Assembly (NCBI RefSeq): GCF_963921235.1
Contig: NC_086108.1
Span: forward strand, 20,026,001-20,090,000
Direction: 5' to 3'
From: Mobula hypostoma
Lineage: Eukaryota
Length of the DNA stretch: 64,000 nucleotides
The position numbers and the translations under genes are program-made. The notes under the pieces are model-generated. The model worked only from the letters and a program-made list of their open reading frames with translations, was not told where the DNA came from and ran no database searches. Below, in pieces: positions 50,101-63,595 of this stretch (its first letter is position 1; every line of letters starts with the position of its first letter).

Positions 50101-51897
50101 GAGATGGTATATATAATTATCTGGATAGACAGGGTCTGATTAGGAACAGTCAACATGGATTTGTGCGTGGAAGGTCATGTTTGACAAATTTTATTGAATT
50201 TTTTCATGAGGTTACTAGGAAAGTTGACGAGGGTAAAGCGGTGGATGTTGTCTATATGGACTTCAGTAAGGCCTTTGACAAGGTTCCACACGGAAGTTTA
50301 GTTAGGAAGGTTCAATCGTTAGGCATTAATATCGAAGTAGTAAAATGGATTCAGCAGTGGCTGGATGGGAGACGCCAGAGAGTAGTGGTCGATAACTGTG
50401 TGTCAGATTGGAGGACAATGTGTAGCGGTGTGCCTCAGAGATCTGTACTGGGTCCAATGTTGTTTGTCATATATATTAATGATCTGGATGATGGGATGGT
50501 AAATTGGATTAGTAAGTATGCAGATGATACTAAGATAGCTTGCAGAGAGCTTGTGGTGGCCAGTGCTATCATGTTTGCTGTTGTGTGCTGGGGCAGCAGG
50601 CTGAGGGTAGCAGACACCAACAGAATCAACAAACTCATTCTTAAGGCCAGTGATGCTGTGGGGATGGAACTGGACTCTCTGACGGTGGTATCTGAAAAGA
50701 GGATGCTGTCCCAAGTTGCATGCCATCTTGGACAATGTCTCCCATCCACTACATAATGTACTGGTTGGGCACAGGAGTACATTCAGCCAGAGACTCATTC
50801 CACCGAAATGCAACACAGAGCGTCATAGGAAGTCATTCCTGCCTGTGGCCATCAAACTTTACAACTCCTCCCTTGGAGGGTCAGACACCCTGACCCAATA
50901 GGCTGGTCCTGGACTTATTTCCTGGCATAATTTACATATTACTATTTAACTATTTATGGTGGTATTACTATTTATTATTTATGGTGCAACTGTAACGAAA
51001 ACCAATTTCCCCCGGGAGCAATAAAGTATGACTATGACTATGAGATTTAGGCCAGTTGGAAGAGTGGGCTGAAAGATGGTGGATGGAGATTAATGTTGAA
51101 AAATGTGAGGTGCTACATTTTGGTGGGACTGATCAAAATAGGACATACATGGTAAATGGTAGGGCATTGAAGAATGCAGTAGAACAGAGGGATCTAGGAA
51201 TAATGGTGCATAGTTCCCTGAAGGTGGAATCTCATGTGGATAGGGTGGTGAAGAAAGCTTTTGGCATGCTGGCCTTTATTAATCAGAGCATTGAGTATAG
51301 GAGTGGGGATGTAATGTTGAAATTGTATAAGACATTGTAAAGGCCAAATTTGGAGTATTTTGTACAGTTCTGGTCACCGAATTATAGGAAAGATGTCAAC
51401 AAAATTGAAAGAGTACAGAGGAGGTTTGTTAAAATGTTGCCTGGGTTTCATCTCCTAAATTACAGAGAAAGCTTGAAAAGGTTAGGTCTTTATTCTTTGT
51501 AGCATAGAAGGTTGAGAGGGGACTTGATAGAGGTGTTTAAAATTGAGAGGGATTGATAGAGTTGATGTGGATAGGCTTTTTCCATTGAGAGTGGGGGAGA
51601 TTCCAACAAGAGGACATGAGTTGAGAGTTAAAGGGCAAAAGTTTAGGGGTAACATGAGGGGGGAACTTCTTTACTCAGAGAGTGGTGGCTGTGTGGAATG
51701 AGCTTCCAGCAGAAGTGGTTGAGGCAGGTTCAATGTTGTCGTTTCAAGTTAAATTGGATAGATATATGGACAGGAAGGGAATGGAGGGTTATGGACTGAG
51801 TGCAGGTCGGTGGGACTAGGTGAGAGTAGGAGTTCGGCACGAACTAGAAAGGCCGAGATGGCCTGTTTCCGTGCTGTAATTCTTATATGGTTATATG
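47114..51897 (+). mobile_element. Full-length but disrupted CR1, with a Rex1-like 3' fragment inserted at ~50538-51042
   Basis: 5'UTR, ORF1 (CSRCRMWE, GDSIVRG, HIGTND), ORF2 APE/RT motifs and a (TTATATGG)n tail. GATCT is repeated at both junctions. The insert ends in AATAAA plus (GACTAT)n. Confidence 0.92.
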
Positions 51898-52915
51898 GAT
51901 CTGGGGGTACCTGCCCACAGATCCCTGAAAGTTGCCTTACAGGTAGATACGGTAGTTAAGAAAGCTTATGGGGTGTTAGCTTTCATAAGTCGAGGGATAG
52001 AGTTTAAGAGTCGTGAGGTAATGATGCAGCTCTATAAACCTCCGGTTAGGCCACACTTGGAGTACTGTTTCCAGCTCTGGTCACCTCACTATAGGAAGGA
52101 TGTGGAAGCGTTGGAAAGGGTACAGAGGAGATTTACCAGGATGCTGCCTGGTTTAGAGAGTATGCATTATGATCAGAGGTTAAGGGAGCTAGGGCTTTAC
52201 TCTCTGGAGAGAAGGAGGATGAGAGGAGACATGATAGAGGTATACAAGATATTAAGAGGAATAGATAGAGTGGATAACCAGTGCCTCTTCCCCAGGGCAC
52301 CACTGCTCAATACAAGAGGACATGGCTTTAAGGTAAGGGGTGGGAAGTTCAAGGGGGATATTAGACGAAGGTTTTTTACTCAGAGAGTGGTTGGTGCATG
52401 GAATGCACTGCCTGAGTCAGTGGTGGAGGCAGATACACTAGTGAAGTTTAAGAGACCACTAGACAGGTATATGGAGGAATTTAAAGTGGGGGGTTATATG
52501 GGAGGCAGGATTTAAGGGTCGGCACAACATTGTGGGCTGAAGGGCCTGTACTGTGCTGTACTATTTTATGTTCTATGTACTTTGTGGAATTCCTCGATTA
52601 AAGGCTTCACACTATCGGATACATAAAATAAAAAATCTCTCCATGTTCGCAAGTGGCTGTGGCCTAAGAGTTTTCTTTGGTGCTACTTATTGTCCAGTAC
52701 CCAGAGCCTTCCATTCAATGGCATACTGGATGTTAGTTTTGTTAAGACCTCCTGTTGACTGTCAGCACAGTTCACGTATATAGTAAGTGATTGAGATTCC
52801 TACACCATAACCAGTCATCTTCTGTATCACTCATTTTTACCAAGATTGTTTTTCTTTATTGTCCCTGAATAGCTGCACTATCACATTTGAACTTGATTAA
52901 TTCCTCTCTTCACAG

Positions 52916-53017
52916 TCCACTGAACACTTGAAGAAGATGCTTTGCGACCTTCCTCTTGAATCTGTAATAGCTGTCACTGGAACAGTGATTCCCAGGCCAC
53001 CAGGACAAGCTAATCTG
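52916..53017 (+). CDS. DARS2: DARS2 exon 4
   Basis: cacAG acceptor and GTcagt donor, 102 nt. Encodes STEHLKKMLCDLPLESVIAVTGTVIPRPPGQANL. Confidence 0.96.
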
Positions 53018-53159
53018 GTCAGTATGATTTGTGAATCTCCTGTATCCCAAAAAGATATGTTGGATTTATTGTTTCTCTTAGTATTAATTCCTTTACAAAC
53101 TGAATTAACAGTTTAGCTTTCTTATCACCAATGCATTTTGGAAACAACTCCTGTTGACT

Positions 53160-53998
53160 GATGAAGTTAAAATGGAACTTTTTGGCCGCAAAATGTATCA
53201 GGCTTGTTTAGATGTTCCTTTAAACCTTTTGAATAGAACTTTTTGTCCGCAATGAGCAAAGGTATGTTTGGAGAAAAAAGGGTGCAGAATTTCATGAAAA
53301 GAACCCCTCTCCAACTGTTAAGCACAGGGGTAGATCGATCATGCTTTGGGCTTGTGCTGCAGCCAGTGGCACGGGGAACATTTACTGGCAGAGGGAAGAA
53401 TGAATTCAATTAAATACCAGCAAATTCTGGAAGCGAACATCACACCGTCTGTAAAAAAGCCGAAGATGAAAAGAGGATGGCTTCTACAACAGGGTAATGA
53501 ACCTAAATACACCTCAAATTCCACAATGGACTACCTCAAGAGGCGCAAGCTGAAGATTTTGCCATGGCTCTCACAGTCCCCTGACCGAAACATCATCAAG
53601 AATCTGTGGATAGACTTCAAAAGAGCAGTGCATGCAAGACAGCCCAAGAATCTCACAGAACTAGAAGTCTTTTGCAAGGAAGTGTGGGTGAAAATCCCCC
53701 AAACAAGAATTGAAAGACTCTTAGCTGGCTACAAAAGTGTTTACAAGCTGTGATACAAGCTGGGGGTGTTACTAAGTATTGCCATGCAGGGTGCCCAAAC
53801 GTTTGTGTTGGGCTCTTTTCTTTTTTTTGTTATATTGAACCTATAAAAGATGGAAATAAAGAAGTTTTCTTGCTTAAAATATTAAAGAAATGTGTCATCT
53901 AAATGTGCCTTTTGGAAATCAGTTCATCTTTTACTTGCTTAGCTATTCACAGTAACAGAAATTTTGTCCGGGGGTGCCCAAACTTTTGCATACCACTG
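53160..53998 (+). mobile_element. Tc1-family transposon 3' portion
   Basis: Degenerate DDE segment LQQGNEPKY...WLSQSPDRNIIKNLW; repeated GGGTGCCCAAAC within the terminal region; ends CACTG followed by TA. Confidence 0.85.
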
Positions 53999-56061
53999 TA
54001 AACCCCTCTGGTTATCATTTTGAAAACAACAAAAGACATGCTAAATTATTAGCTGAATGTCAAACTGATAAGAGTGTGATGCAGTGCAAAATCTGTTTAT
54101 CTCGTTTTAATATTTTTGCACTTTGGTTTGAGCTTCTTTACATGTAGGGTATATTTCCCAAGTTTCTATTGATAGTTCGTTGGATTATTTGCTAGGTTGT
54201 GCCAAAGAAATACAGTTTTTCTCTCCCTCTCTTTGGTTTCTGCAAATTATTTCTACATCTAAGTCATTTTATGATGGGGTGTAGACAATATGTTATTTAG
54301 TTTATAGTGTATTCTAAACTATGTATACTGATCAAATCTTATTGGTTTTTGCATTATGTTGTAGAAATGCAATGGCATTATTAGCATTGCTTTGTTAGAA
54401 CCATTTGAAGAGAAATCTATGTGACTAAGTAATCCATTAAAAAATCTTGCACGTGCATCTAATGGTGTAAATCCTGTTATTGATTGGGTATCAGTAAACT
54501 GTGTGATTGCATTTTAGACCCTGAAACTAATGAATAATTATTGAAAAATCCTCTGTTTCATTAAGTTGGTTTAGGGAAGCAAATCTCCCATCTTTGCAAT
54601 AGTACTCTAAAATCACTGCTATTCTGAGACAAGGATGTAAGAAATAGAAATGAATGTTAGCTATATGCCTGATCTTATCTTGGTCTCAAACCGCACTTTT
54701 CATGCCTGGTCCCATTAATCCCCAATTTACCTATAGACCAAAAATATACCTATTTCAGTATTGAATATATATTATTCAGTGTCCACAACTTTTAAGTGTG
54801 GAGAAATCCCAAGGTACACAACACCCTCATCTCCATTTTAAATGGTACCCCTTATCCAAAACTACTTGCTTTAATTAAAGTTTCCCACAAGGGAAAACAT
54901 CCTGTCAGCATCTACCTTGGATAGGCCCTTCATAATCTTATGTTTTATTAACATTATCTTGTATTGTGGATAGCCACAGCCTACTTAAGCCTTCCTCGTA
55001 GGACATCCTTTCTTACCAGGAGTCAACCTATTGAATCTTCTCCGAACTACTTCCTTCAGACTAAGTTGTGTACTTTGGATATGGTCTTAGCAATGGCCTC
55101 TACGATTATAATGACTTCTAATTCTGTGAAAATCAAAACTAATCAATAATTTCACTTTTATATTCCAGTCCTTTGAAATAAAGGTCAATCTTCAATTTGC
55201 ATGTTTGTGTTAGCATTATGTGTTTCATATGAAAGCAAACCATTCAGTTCAAAAAAAAAGAGATGAAAATATCTGAATTACCAATAACTTTAATAAGACC
55301 ATAAGATATAGGTTTATAAGCCATCTGGTCTATCGAGTCTACTCTGCCATTTCATCATGGCTGATCCGCTTATCCTTGCAGCCCCAATCTCCTGCCTTCT
55401 CCCCATATCCCTTCATGTCCTGACTAATCAAGAATCTGTTAACCTCCGCTTTAAATATCCCTAACGCAATAACTTCCATATTCTGTGAATTAATTTAAAA
55501 AATCATTCTTAGGCTGTTTAGAGATTTGAAATGTAATTGTAGCTTCCCAATAATGATGGTGCTGATAGGTTAGCCGTTTGCATCCCAGTGCATTAGTCTA
55601 TGCAGCAGTGATTCATCTGTAATCATGAAGGCTTGAGGCTGTGTCTCTGAGTTGAAGGTTATTTGACTAGGGTGAATCTTTAATGTATTGTTTTCTTACA
55701 TAGTATGATATACAGTAGTTCTTTGATTCATATTACTATTTATTAAAAAAAAGGAGTCATGTTGATTGATTACATATGAATCACTTCAGCATTGGGTTGC
55801 AAACTGCCAAAGTATGAGCACCATCATTATTGGGAAGCTACAATTACATTTCAAATCTCCAAACAGCCTAAGAGTGATTTTTTTTTCTTTTGCACAGAGA
55901 TATGTGTCAGGGTGGGTTATTTGCTTCATATTTATTCAAGAATACTTTAATCTCTGGACACTTGGAATTAGTGCTTTTCTTTTTCACTGGTGAATTTTGT
56001 TGGTAATATAACTTCAGAAAGATTCCTTACCTTACTTAACCAGTTGTCTTTTGGGCTTCAG

Positions 56062-56157
56062 GAGATGTCGACAGGTAAAATTGAAGTGAGGCTGCAGCAT
56101 GCTGAGCTACTAAACAGATGCAGAAAGTTACCCTTTGAAACCAAGGAGCTTGCAAAG
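56062..56157 (+). CDS. DARS2: DARS2 exon 5
   Basis: ttcAG acceptor and GTaaat donor, 96 nt. Encodes EMSTGKIEVRLQHAELLNRCRKLPFETKELAK. Confidence 0.96.
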
Positions 56158-57198
56158 GTAAATTCTGGAACGAAGATACGATGTCAACAACATGTTGACA
56201 TAATACCTTCTGGTTTTTTTTTTCACTTATCACTTGCTTCCCTAATGACTGAACCCTTCCTTTCAGATTTGTCTAAGTACTTTGGCAGACACTACCCAAG
56301 GGACAAACAGCTCTAGCAACACACCAGGACACCATTATCACAATGAGTAATCACAGTTTCAAATCCCTGTTGTTAGTGGTAGAACTGTTTGAAATCCCAT
56401 TACTGTGTTCTCAATTTCTTTCTTTCTTGCTCACTTGATTCATGGACCCATAGGTAACTTACCCAGTTTTATGAGTCTTGCCAGAGTGCAAAAAAAAAGC
56501 TACAGATGCTGGAAATCTGAAATAAAGACAGACGATGCAGGAAGCCCATGGCAGGTCAAGCAGCTTCTGTGGAAAGAGAAACAGGGTTAATGCTTCAGGT
56601 CCAAAATCCTTCATCAGATCTGCATCTGCATCAATGAAGAGCTATCCGACCCAAGCCCTCAGACTGAAGTTTGTACTTTGATGGCAAATCAAGTGCTCTT
56701 CTGAGAACTTTCTAAATGTCTTTTCCATCTCGTCACACAAACTTTTTTTAAATCACTTGCCCTTTGAATAATGAATGGTCATGACTACTTCACTTATCTT
56801 CATCCTCCTGGCTAGTTCCCAAAAATGATACTCCAGTAATTTTCAGGCCAACTATGGCAAGTCCATCTACTACCCAACTAAGCTGCACTAACTCGGCTCA
56901 GAACAGTGGTTAGTACTTAACATAATGGCTCGATGGCATACCATGTTGAGCTTTTGAGAGTAGCTCAGCATAAGAGTTTGACTGCTTGAGCCTCACAAGA
57001 TGATGTGAATTAAGCTGTCAAAGACGTGATGATTACAGAGGGAATTGGATTTGCACTATCTCTCCCCAATCAAAAGAACTAGCAATGTCATAATCTGAAA
57101 TTCACTGCCGGTTCAGAAGGCGAAAGAAGATTCAGTATAATTTTCAAAAAATGGTGCAAGACTACATTTTAGAATTCCAAATTTCCAATTTTCTTCAG

Positions 57199-57322
57199 AA
57201 GTCAGAAGTATTACGTATGCAACACCGGTACTTGGACCTGAGAAGTTCCCAGATGCAGTACAACTTGCGACTACGTTCCCAGATGGTCATGAGAATGCGG
57301 GAGTATCTCTGTAATTTACATG
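57199..57322 (+). CDS. DARS2: DARS2 exon 6
   Basis: ttcAG acceptor and GTgaga donor, 124 nt. Encodes [41 protein letters not shown](G), including the AspRS RYLDLR motif. Confidence 0.97.
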
Positions 57323-57549
57323 GTGAGAAACAGTGATATGATTTCACATCTCTCATTCCATTTGATTCTTTTTCATTTAATAACTATATTCCTTAGTAGC
57401 ATGTGTTAGTGTAGTCGAGGGGAGCACATTTTACCTATGGATTGTTGAGGGGTGCTAGGCCTCCTTTAGATGAGGTGCCACCCAGCTGTTTAGAAGACTC
57501 TTTACTCATATTTGAAATGTTTTGCATGTTAAATACTTCCAAATCTAAT

Positions 57550-60500
57550 ATAAACATATAACCATTACAGCACGGAAACAGGCCATCTCGGCCCTTCTGG
57601 TCTGTGCCGAACTCTTACTCTCACCTAGTCCTACCGAACAGCACTCAGCCCATAACTCTCCATTCCTTTCCTGTCCATATAGCTGTCCAATTTAACTTTA
57701 AACAACAACATCGAACCTGCCTCAACCACTTTTGTTGGAAGCTCATTCCACACAGCTACCACTCTCTGAGTAAAGAAGCTCCCCCTCATGTTACCCCTAA
57801 ACTTTTGCCCTTTAACTCTCAACTCATGTCCTCTTGTTTGAATCTACCCCACTCTCAATGGAAAAAGCCTATCCACGTCAACTTTATCTATCCCTCTCAT
57901 AATTTTAAATAGCTCGTGTAGCTATGGGCACCCGTATGGGTCCTAGCTATGCCTGCTTTTTTGTTGGCTTTGTGGAACAATCTATGTTCCAAACCTATTC
58001 TGGTATCTGTCTCCCACTTTTCCTTCGCTACATCGACGACTGCATTGGCGCTGCTTCCTGCACGCATGCTGAGCTCGTTGACTTCATTAGCTTTGCCTCC
58101 AACTTTCACCCTGCCCTCAAGTTTACCTGGTCCATTTCCGACACCTCCCTCCCCTTTCTAGATCATTCTGTCTCTATCTCTGGAGACAGCTTATCTACTG
58201 ATGTCTACTATAAGCCTACTGACTCTCACAGCTATCTGGACTATTCCTCTTCTCACCCTGTCTATTGCAAATATGCCATCCCCTGCTCGCAATTCCTCCG
58301 TCTCCGCCGCATCTGCTCTCAGGATGAGGCTTTTCATTCCAGGACGAGGGATATGTCCTTCTTTTTCAGAGAAAGGGGCTTCCCTTCCTCCACCATCAAC
58401 TCTGCTGTCAAATGCGTCGTCCCCATTTCACGCACATCTGCTCTCACTCCATCCTCCCGTCACCCCACTAGGAATAGGGTTCCCCTCGTCTTCACCTACC
58501 ACTCCACCAGCCTCCGGGTCCAACATATAATTCTCCGTAACTTCCGCCACCTCCAATGGGATCCCACCACTAAGCACATCTTTCCCTCCCCCGCCCACCC
58601 CCGCTTTCTGCAGGGATCGCTCCCTATGCGACTCCCTTGTCCATTCGTTCCCCCATCCCTCCCCACCGATCTCCCTCCTGGCACTTATCCTTGTAAGCGG
58701 AACAAGTGCTACACATGCCCTTACACTTCCTCCCTTACCACCATTCAGGGCCCCAGACAGTCCTTCCAGGTGAGGCGACACTTCACCTGTGAGTCGGCTG
58801 GGGTGATATACTGCGTCTGATGCTCGGATGTGGCCTTCTATATATTGGCGAGACCCGACGCAGACTGGGAGATCGTTTCGCTGAACACCTACGCTCTGTC
58901 CGCCAGAGAAAGCAGGATCTCCCCGTGGCCACACATTTCAATTCCAAGTCCTATTCCCATTCTGATATGTCTATCCATGGCCTCCTCTACTGTAAAGATG
59001 AAGCCACACTCAGGTTGGAGGAACATCACCTTATATTCCGTCTGGGTAGCCTCCAACCTGATGACATGAACATTGACTTCTCAAACTTTCGCTAATGCCC
59101 CACCTCCCCCTCGTACCTCATCGGTTATTTATTTATTTATATATACACATTCTTTTTCTCTCTCTCCGTTTTCTCCCTCTGTCCCTCTCACTATACCCCT
59201 TGCCCATCCTCTGGGTTTTCTCCCTTCCCCCTTTTCTTTCTCCCTGGGCCTCCTGTCCCATGATCCTGTCATATCCCTTTTGCCAATCAACTGTCCAGCT
59301 CTTGGCTCCATCGCTCCCCCTCCTGTCTTCTCCTATCATTTTGGATCTCCCGCTCCCCCTTCCACTTTCAAATCTCTTACTAGCTCTTCTTTCAGTTAGT
59401 CCTGACGAAGGGTCTCGGCCCGAAATGTCGACTGTACCTCTTCCTAGAGATGCTGCCTAGCCTGCTGCGTTCACCAGCAACTTTGATGTGTATTACCTCT
59501 ATTAAGTCCCCCCTCAACCTTCTACGTTCCAAAGAATAAAGACACAACTTGTTCAACCTTTCTCTGTAATTTAGGAGATGAAACCCAGGTAACATTCTAG
59601 TAAACCTTCCCTGTACTCTCTCTATTTTGTTGACATCTTTCTGATAATTCGGTAACTGAAACTGTACACAATACTCAAATTTGGCCTCACCAATGCCTTG
59701 TACAATTTCAGCATTACATCCCAACTCCCATACTCAATGGTCTGATTAATAAAGGGGAGCATGCCAAAAGCTTTCTTCACCACCCTATCCACATGAGATT
59801 CCACCTTCAGGGAACTATGCACCATTATTCCTAGATCCCCCTGTTCTACTGCATTCTTCAATGCCCTACCATTTACCATGTATGTCCTATTTTGATTAGG
59901 CCTACCAAAATGTAGCACCTCACGTTTATCAGCATTAAACTCCATCTGCCATCTTTCAGCCTACTCTTCTAACTGGCCTAAATCTCTCTGCAAGCTTTGA
60001 AAACCTACTTCATTATCCACAACTCCACCAATCTTAGTATAATCTGCATACTTACTAATCTAATTTATCACCCCATCATCCAGATCATTAATGTATATGA
60101 CAAATAACATTGGACCCAGTACAGAGGCACACCACTAGTCACCGGTCTCCAATCTGACAAACAGTTATCCACCACCACTCTCTGGCGTCTCCCATCCAGC
60201 CACTGCTGAATCTATTTTACTACTTCAATATTAATACCTAACGCTTGAACCTTCCTAACCAACCTTCCATGTGGAACCTTGTCAAAGGCATTACTGAAGT
60301 CCATATAGACAACATCCACCGCTTTACCCTCGTCAACATTCCTAGTAACCTCTTCAAAAAATTCAATAAGATTTGTCAAACAGACCTTCCACACACAAAT
60401 CCATGTTGACTGTTCCTAATCAGACCCCGTCCATCCAGATAATTATACATACCATCTCTATGAATACCTTCCATCAATTTACCCACCACTGACGTCAAAC

Positions 60501-63290
60501 TCACAGGCTGATAGTTGCTAGGTTTACTCTTAGAACCCTTTTTAAATGATGGAGCAACATGAGCAATATGCCAATCCCCATTTCTAATGACATTTGAAAT
60601 ATTTCTGTCAGTGCCCCTGCTATTTCCACACTAACTTCCCTCAAGGTCCTTGGGAATATCCTGTCAGGACCCGGAGACTTATCCACTTTTATATTCCTTA
60701 AAACCTCCATTACTACTACTACTTTAATCATCATAGTTTCCATAACTTCCCTACCTGTTTCCCTTATCTTACACAATTCAATATCCTTCTCCTTAGTGAA
60801 TACCGAAGAAAAGAAATTGTTCAGAATCTCCCCCATCTCTTTTGGCTCCACATATAGCTGTCCACTCTGATTCTCTAAGGGACCAATCTTATCCCTCACT
60901 ATCCTTTTGCTATTCATATAACGGTAGAAACCCTTGGGATTTATTTTCACCTTACTTGCCAAAGCAACCTCATATCTTCTTTTAGCTTTTCTAATTTCTT
61001 TCTTAAGATTCTTTTTACATTCTCTATATTCCACGAGCATCTCATTTACTCCATGCTGTCTATATTTATTGTAAATCTCTCTGTTTTTCCAAACCAAGTT
61101 TCCAATATCCCTTGAAAACCATGGCTCTCTCAAACTTTTAACCTTTCCTTTCAACCTAACAGGAACATAAAGATTCTGTACTCTCAAAATTTCACCTTTA
61201 AATGACCTCTGTTTCTCTATTACATCCTTCCCATAAAACAAATTGACCCAATCCACTCCTTCTAAATCCTTTCGCATCTCCTCAAAGTTAGCCTTTCTCC
61301 AATCAAGAATCTCAACCCTGTGTCCAGACCTACTCCATAATTATATTGAAATGAATAGTATTATGATCACTGGACCTGAAGTGCTCCCCAACACAAACCT
61401 CCGTCACCTGATCTATCTCATTCCCTAACAGGAGATCCAACACTGCCCCTTCTCTAGTTGGTACCTCTATGTATTGCTGCAAAAAACTATCTTGCACACA
61501 TTTTATAGACTCCAAACCATCCAGCCCTTTTACAGAATGGGCTTCCCAGTCTATGTGTGGAAAATTAAAATCTCCCACAATCACAACCTTGTGCTTACTG
61601 CAAATATCTGCTACCTCCTTACAAATTTGCTCCTCCAATTCTCACTCCGCATTTGGTGGTCTATAATACACCCCCATAAGAGTTGCTACACCTTTCCCAT
61701 TCCTCAATTCCACCCAAATAGCCTCCCTAGACGAGCCCTCTTATCTATCCTGCCAGAGCACCGCTGTAATATTTTCTCTGACAAACAATGCAACACCTCC
61801 CCCTCTTGTCCCTCCGATTCTATCACTCCTGAAGCAATTAAATCCAGGAATATTTAGTTGCCAATCACACCCCTCCTGTAACCATGTTTCACTAGTAGCT
61901 ACCACATCATACTTCCAGGTATCAATCCATGCTTTAAGCTCATCCACCTTTCTTATAATGCTCGTAGCATTAAAATAAATGCATTTAAGAAATTTTCCAC
62001 CTCTTACTCTCTGTTTATCACTAACTGTGCAAATAACTTTACTATTTTCTTTTTCTTCCTTCTTCCCTACATTTGTTCCTACACTCTGGTTCCCCTCCCC
62101 CCTCGTATCTAGTTTAAATCTACCAGAGCGCCTCTCGCAAACCTACCTGCAAGAATATTTGTCCCCCTGCAGTTCAGATGTAGACCGTCCGGCCGGAACA
62201 GGTCCCACCTTCACTGGAAAACTGCCGAATTATCTATAAATCTAAAGCCCTCCCTCCTGCACCATGGCTTCAGCCACGTGTTGATCTGCGCTATCTTACT
62301 ATTTCTAAACCCGCCTGCACATGGCACTGGCAGCAATTCTGAGATTGCTATCCTGGAGGTCCTGTCCTTTAACTTGGTGCCTAACTCCCTAAACTCACCT
62401 TTCAGGACCTCCACACTCTTCCTACCCACATCATTGGTCCCTACCTGGACCACGACATCCGGCTGCTCACCCTCCCTCTTGAGAATACCAAGAACTCGAT
62501 CCGAGATATCACGGACCTTGGCACCAGGGAGACAACAGACCATCTGGGATTCTCGATCTCTTCCACAGCACCTCTTATCTGTCCCCCTAACTATTGAATC
62601 CCCTATCACTATTGCTCTCCTCTTTTCCCTCCTTCCCTTCTGAATTGAGGGCCCCATCTCGGTGCCAGAGATGCAACCACTGCAACTTGTCCTTGGTAGG
62701 TCGTCCCCATCAACAGTATCCAAAACAATGTACTTATTATTGGTGGGAACGGCCACAGGGGTGCTCTGCTCATTCTGTCTCTTCTCCTTCCCTCTCCTGA
62801 CAGTCACCCAGCTACCTGTCTCCTGACCCTTGGGGGTGACTATCTCCCTGTAACTCCTCTCTATTTCTGCCTCTGCCTCCCGAATGATCCAAAGTTCATC
62901 CAGCTCCAGCTCCAGTTCCCTAACTCGGTTTGTCAGGAGCTGCAGCTGGATGCACCTTTCGCAGGTGTAGTTATCAGGGACGATTGTGCTCGCCCTGACT
63001 TCCCACATCCTGCAAACGGAGCATTCAATTGCCCTAACTGCCTCCATTACCTACTGCCAAGGTAGTTTGATTTATTAAAGGAACTTACCCAACCTTACCT
63101 CACTTGGAGTGAAGCTCTTCCTCAGCCTCTGCTCGCCGAAGCCTCAGGAGCCAAAGCCTTTCTACTCTGTCTTTCTTTACTAAGTTGCCCGCTCCATTAA
63201 TCTGCTTTCTTTTAAATACTCCCGCTGCCTCATGGTCCGACTTACACGCGCTTGCTCAGTCGTGCCCCGTTCAACTGCCGAAGAAAATGA
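57550..63290 (-). mobile_element. Full-length but disrupted CR1 interrupted by a Penelope element
   Basis: ORF1 62211-63047 (CSVCRMWE, GDSIVRG, VGTND), ORF2 fragments and a TTATATG-type tail at about 57550-57563. Confidence 0.92.
57912..59492 (+). mobile_element. 5'-truncated Penelope-like element (RT + GIY-YIG endonuclease + pLTR)
   Basis: RT motifs MGTRMGPSYA, RYIDD and VYYKPTD; zinc-binding C..C..C segment; VIYCV...CGLLYIGET.R.L..RF.EH GIY-YIG domain; hammerhead-like motif at 59398-59433. Confidence 0.93.
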
Positions 63291-63595
63291 CTGACTTCCA
63301 CAAACTGCTCTTTATTTCTAATTTATCTTTTTTTCTGTCTGTTGTTACCTTTGCATTGATTACTTTGCAGAAGTTCTCAGAGAGCATGAGGGCATTGTTA
63401 GCTCTGATAATTCAATCTTCTTGTTATAAAATGCCTCGGTTGTATTTTCTCTACTGTAATACTTCCATCAATTCATTTCTTTTGGCAGTATTACAGATTT
63501 GGTAAATTTGATAGAAGGCATGAAACATGCGAAATTGTGGTAAATGCAAGTAAATTAATGCAATACTTTGCTGCTTACCCATGTTTTGTTTTCAG

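Larger units (their letters stand above)
43010..52580 (+). mobile_element. CR1 (43010-47113, resuming at 51897-52580) hosting an L1 fragment and a second CR1
   Basis: ORF1 esterase (GDSIVRG, HVGTN), APE and RT motifs; C-terminal ORF 51895-52515 has VRPHLEYC and TRGH; TTTTATGTTCTATG tail. Confidence 0.9.

Noticed and set aside
57924..59095. RT next to a GIY-YIG nuclease and structured RNA as a retron-like or defence system
   Set aside because: The context is a vertebrate intron, and this is the canonical Penelope-like architecture. The copy is 5'-truncated and has an internal stop.
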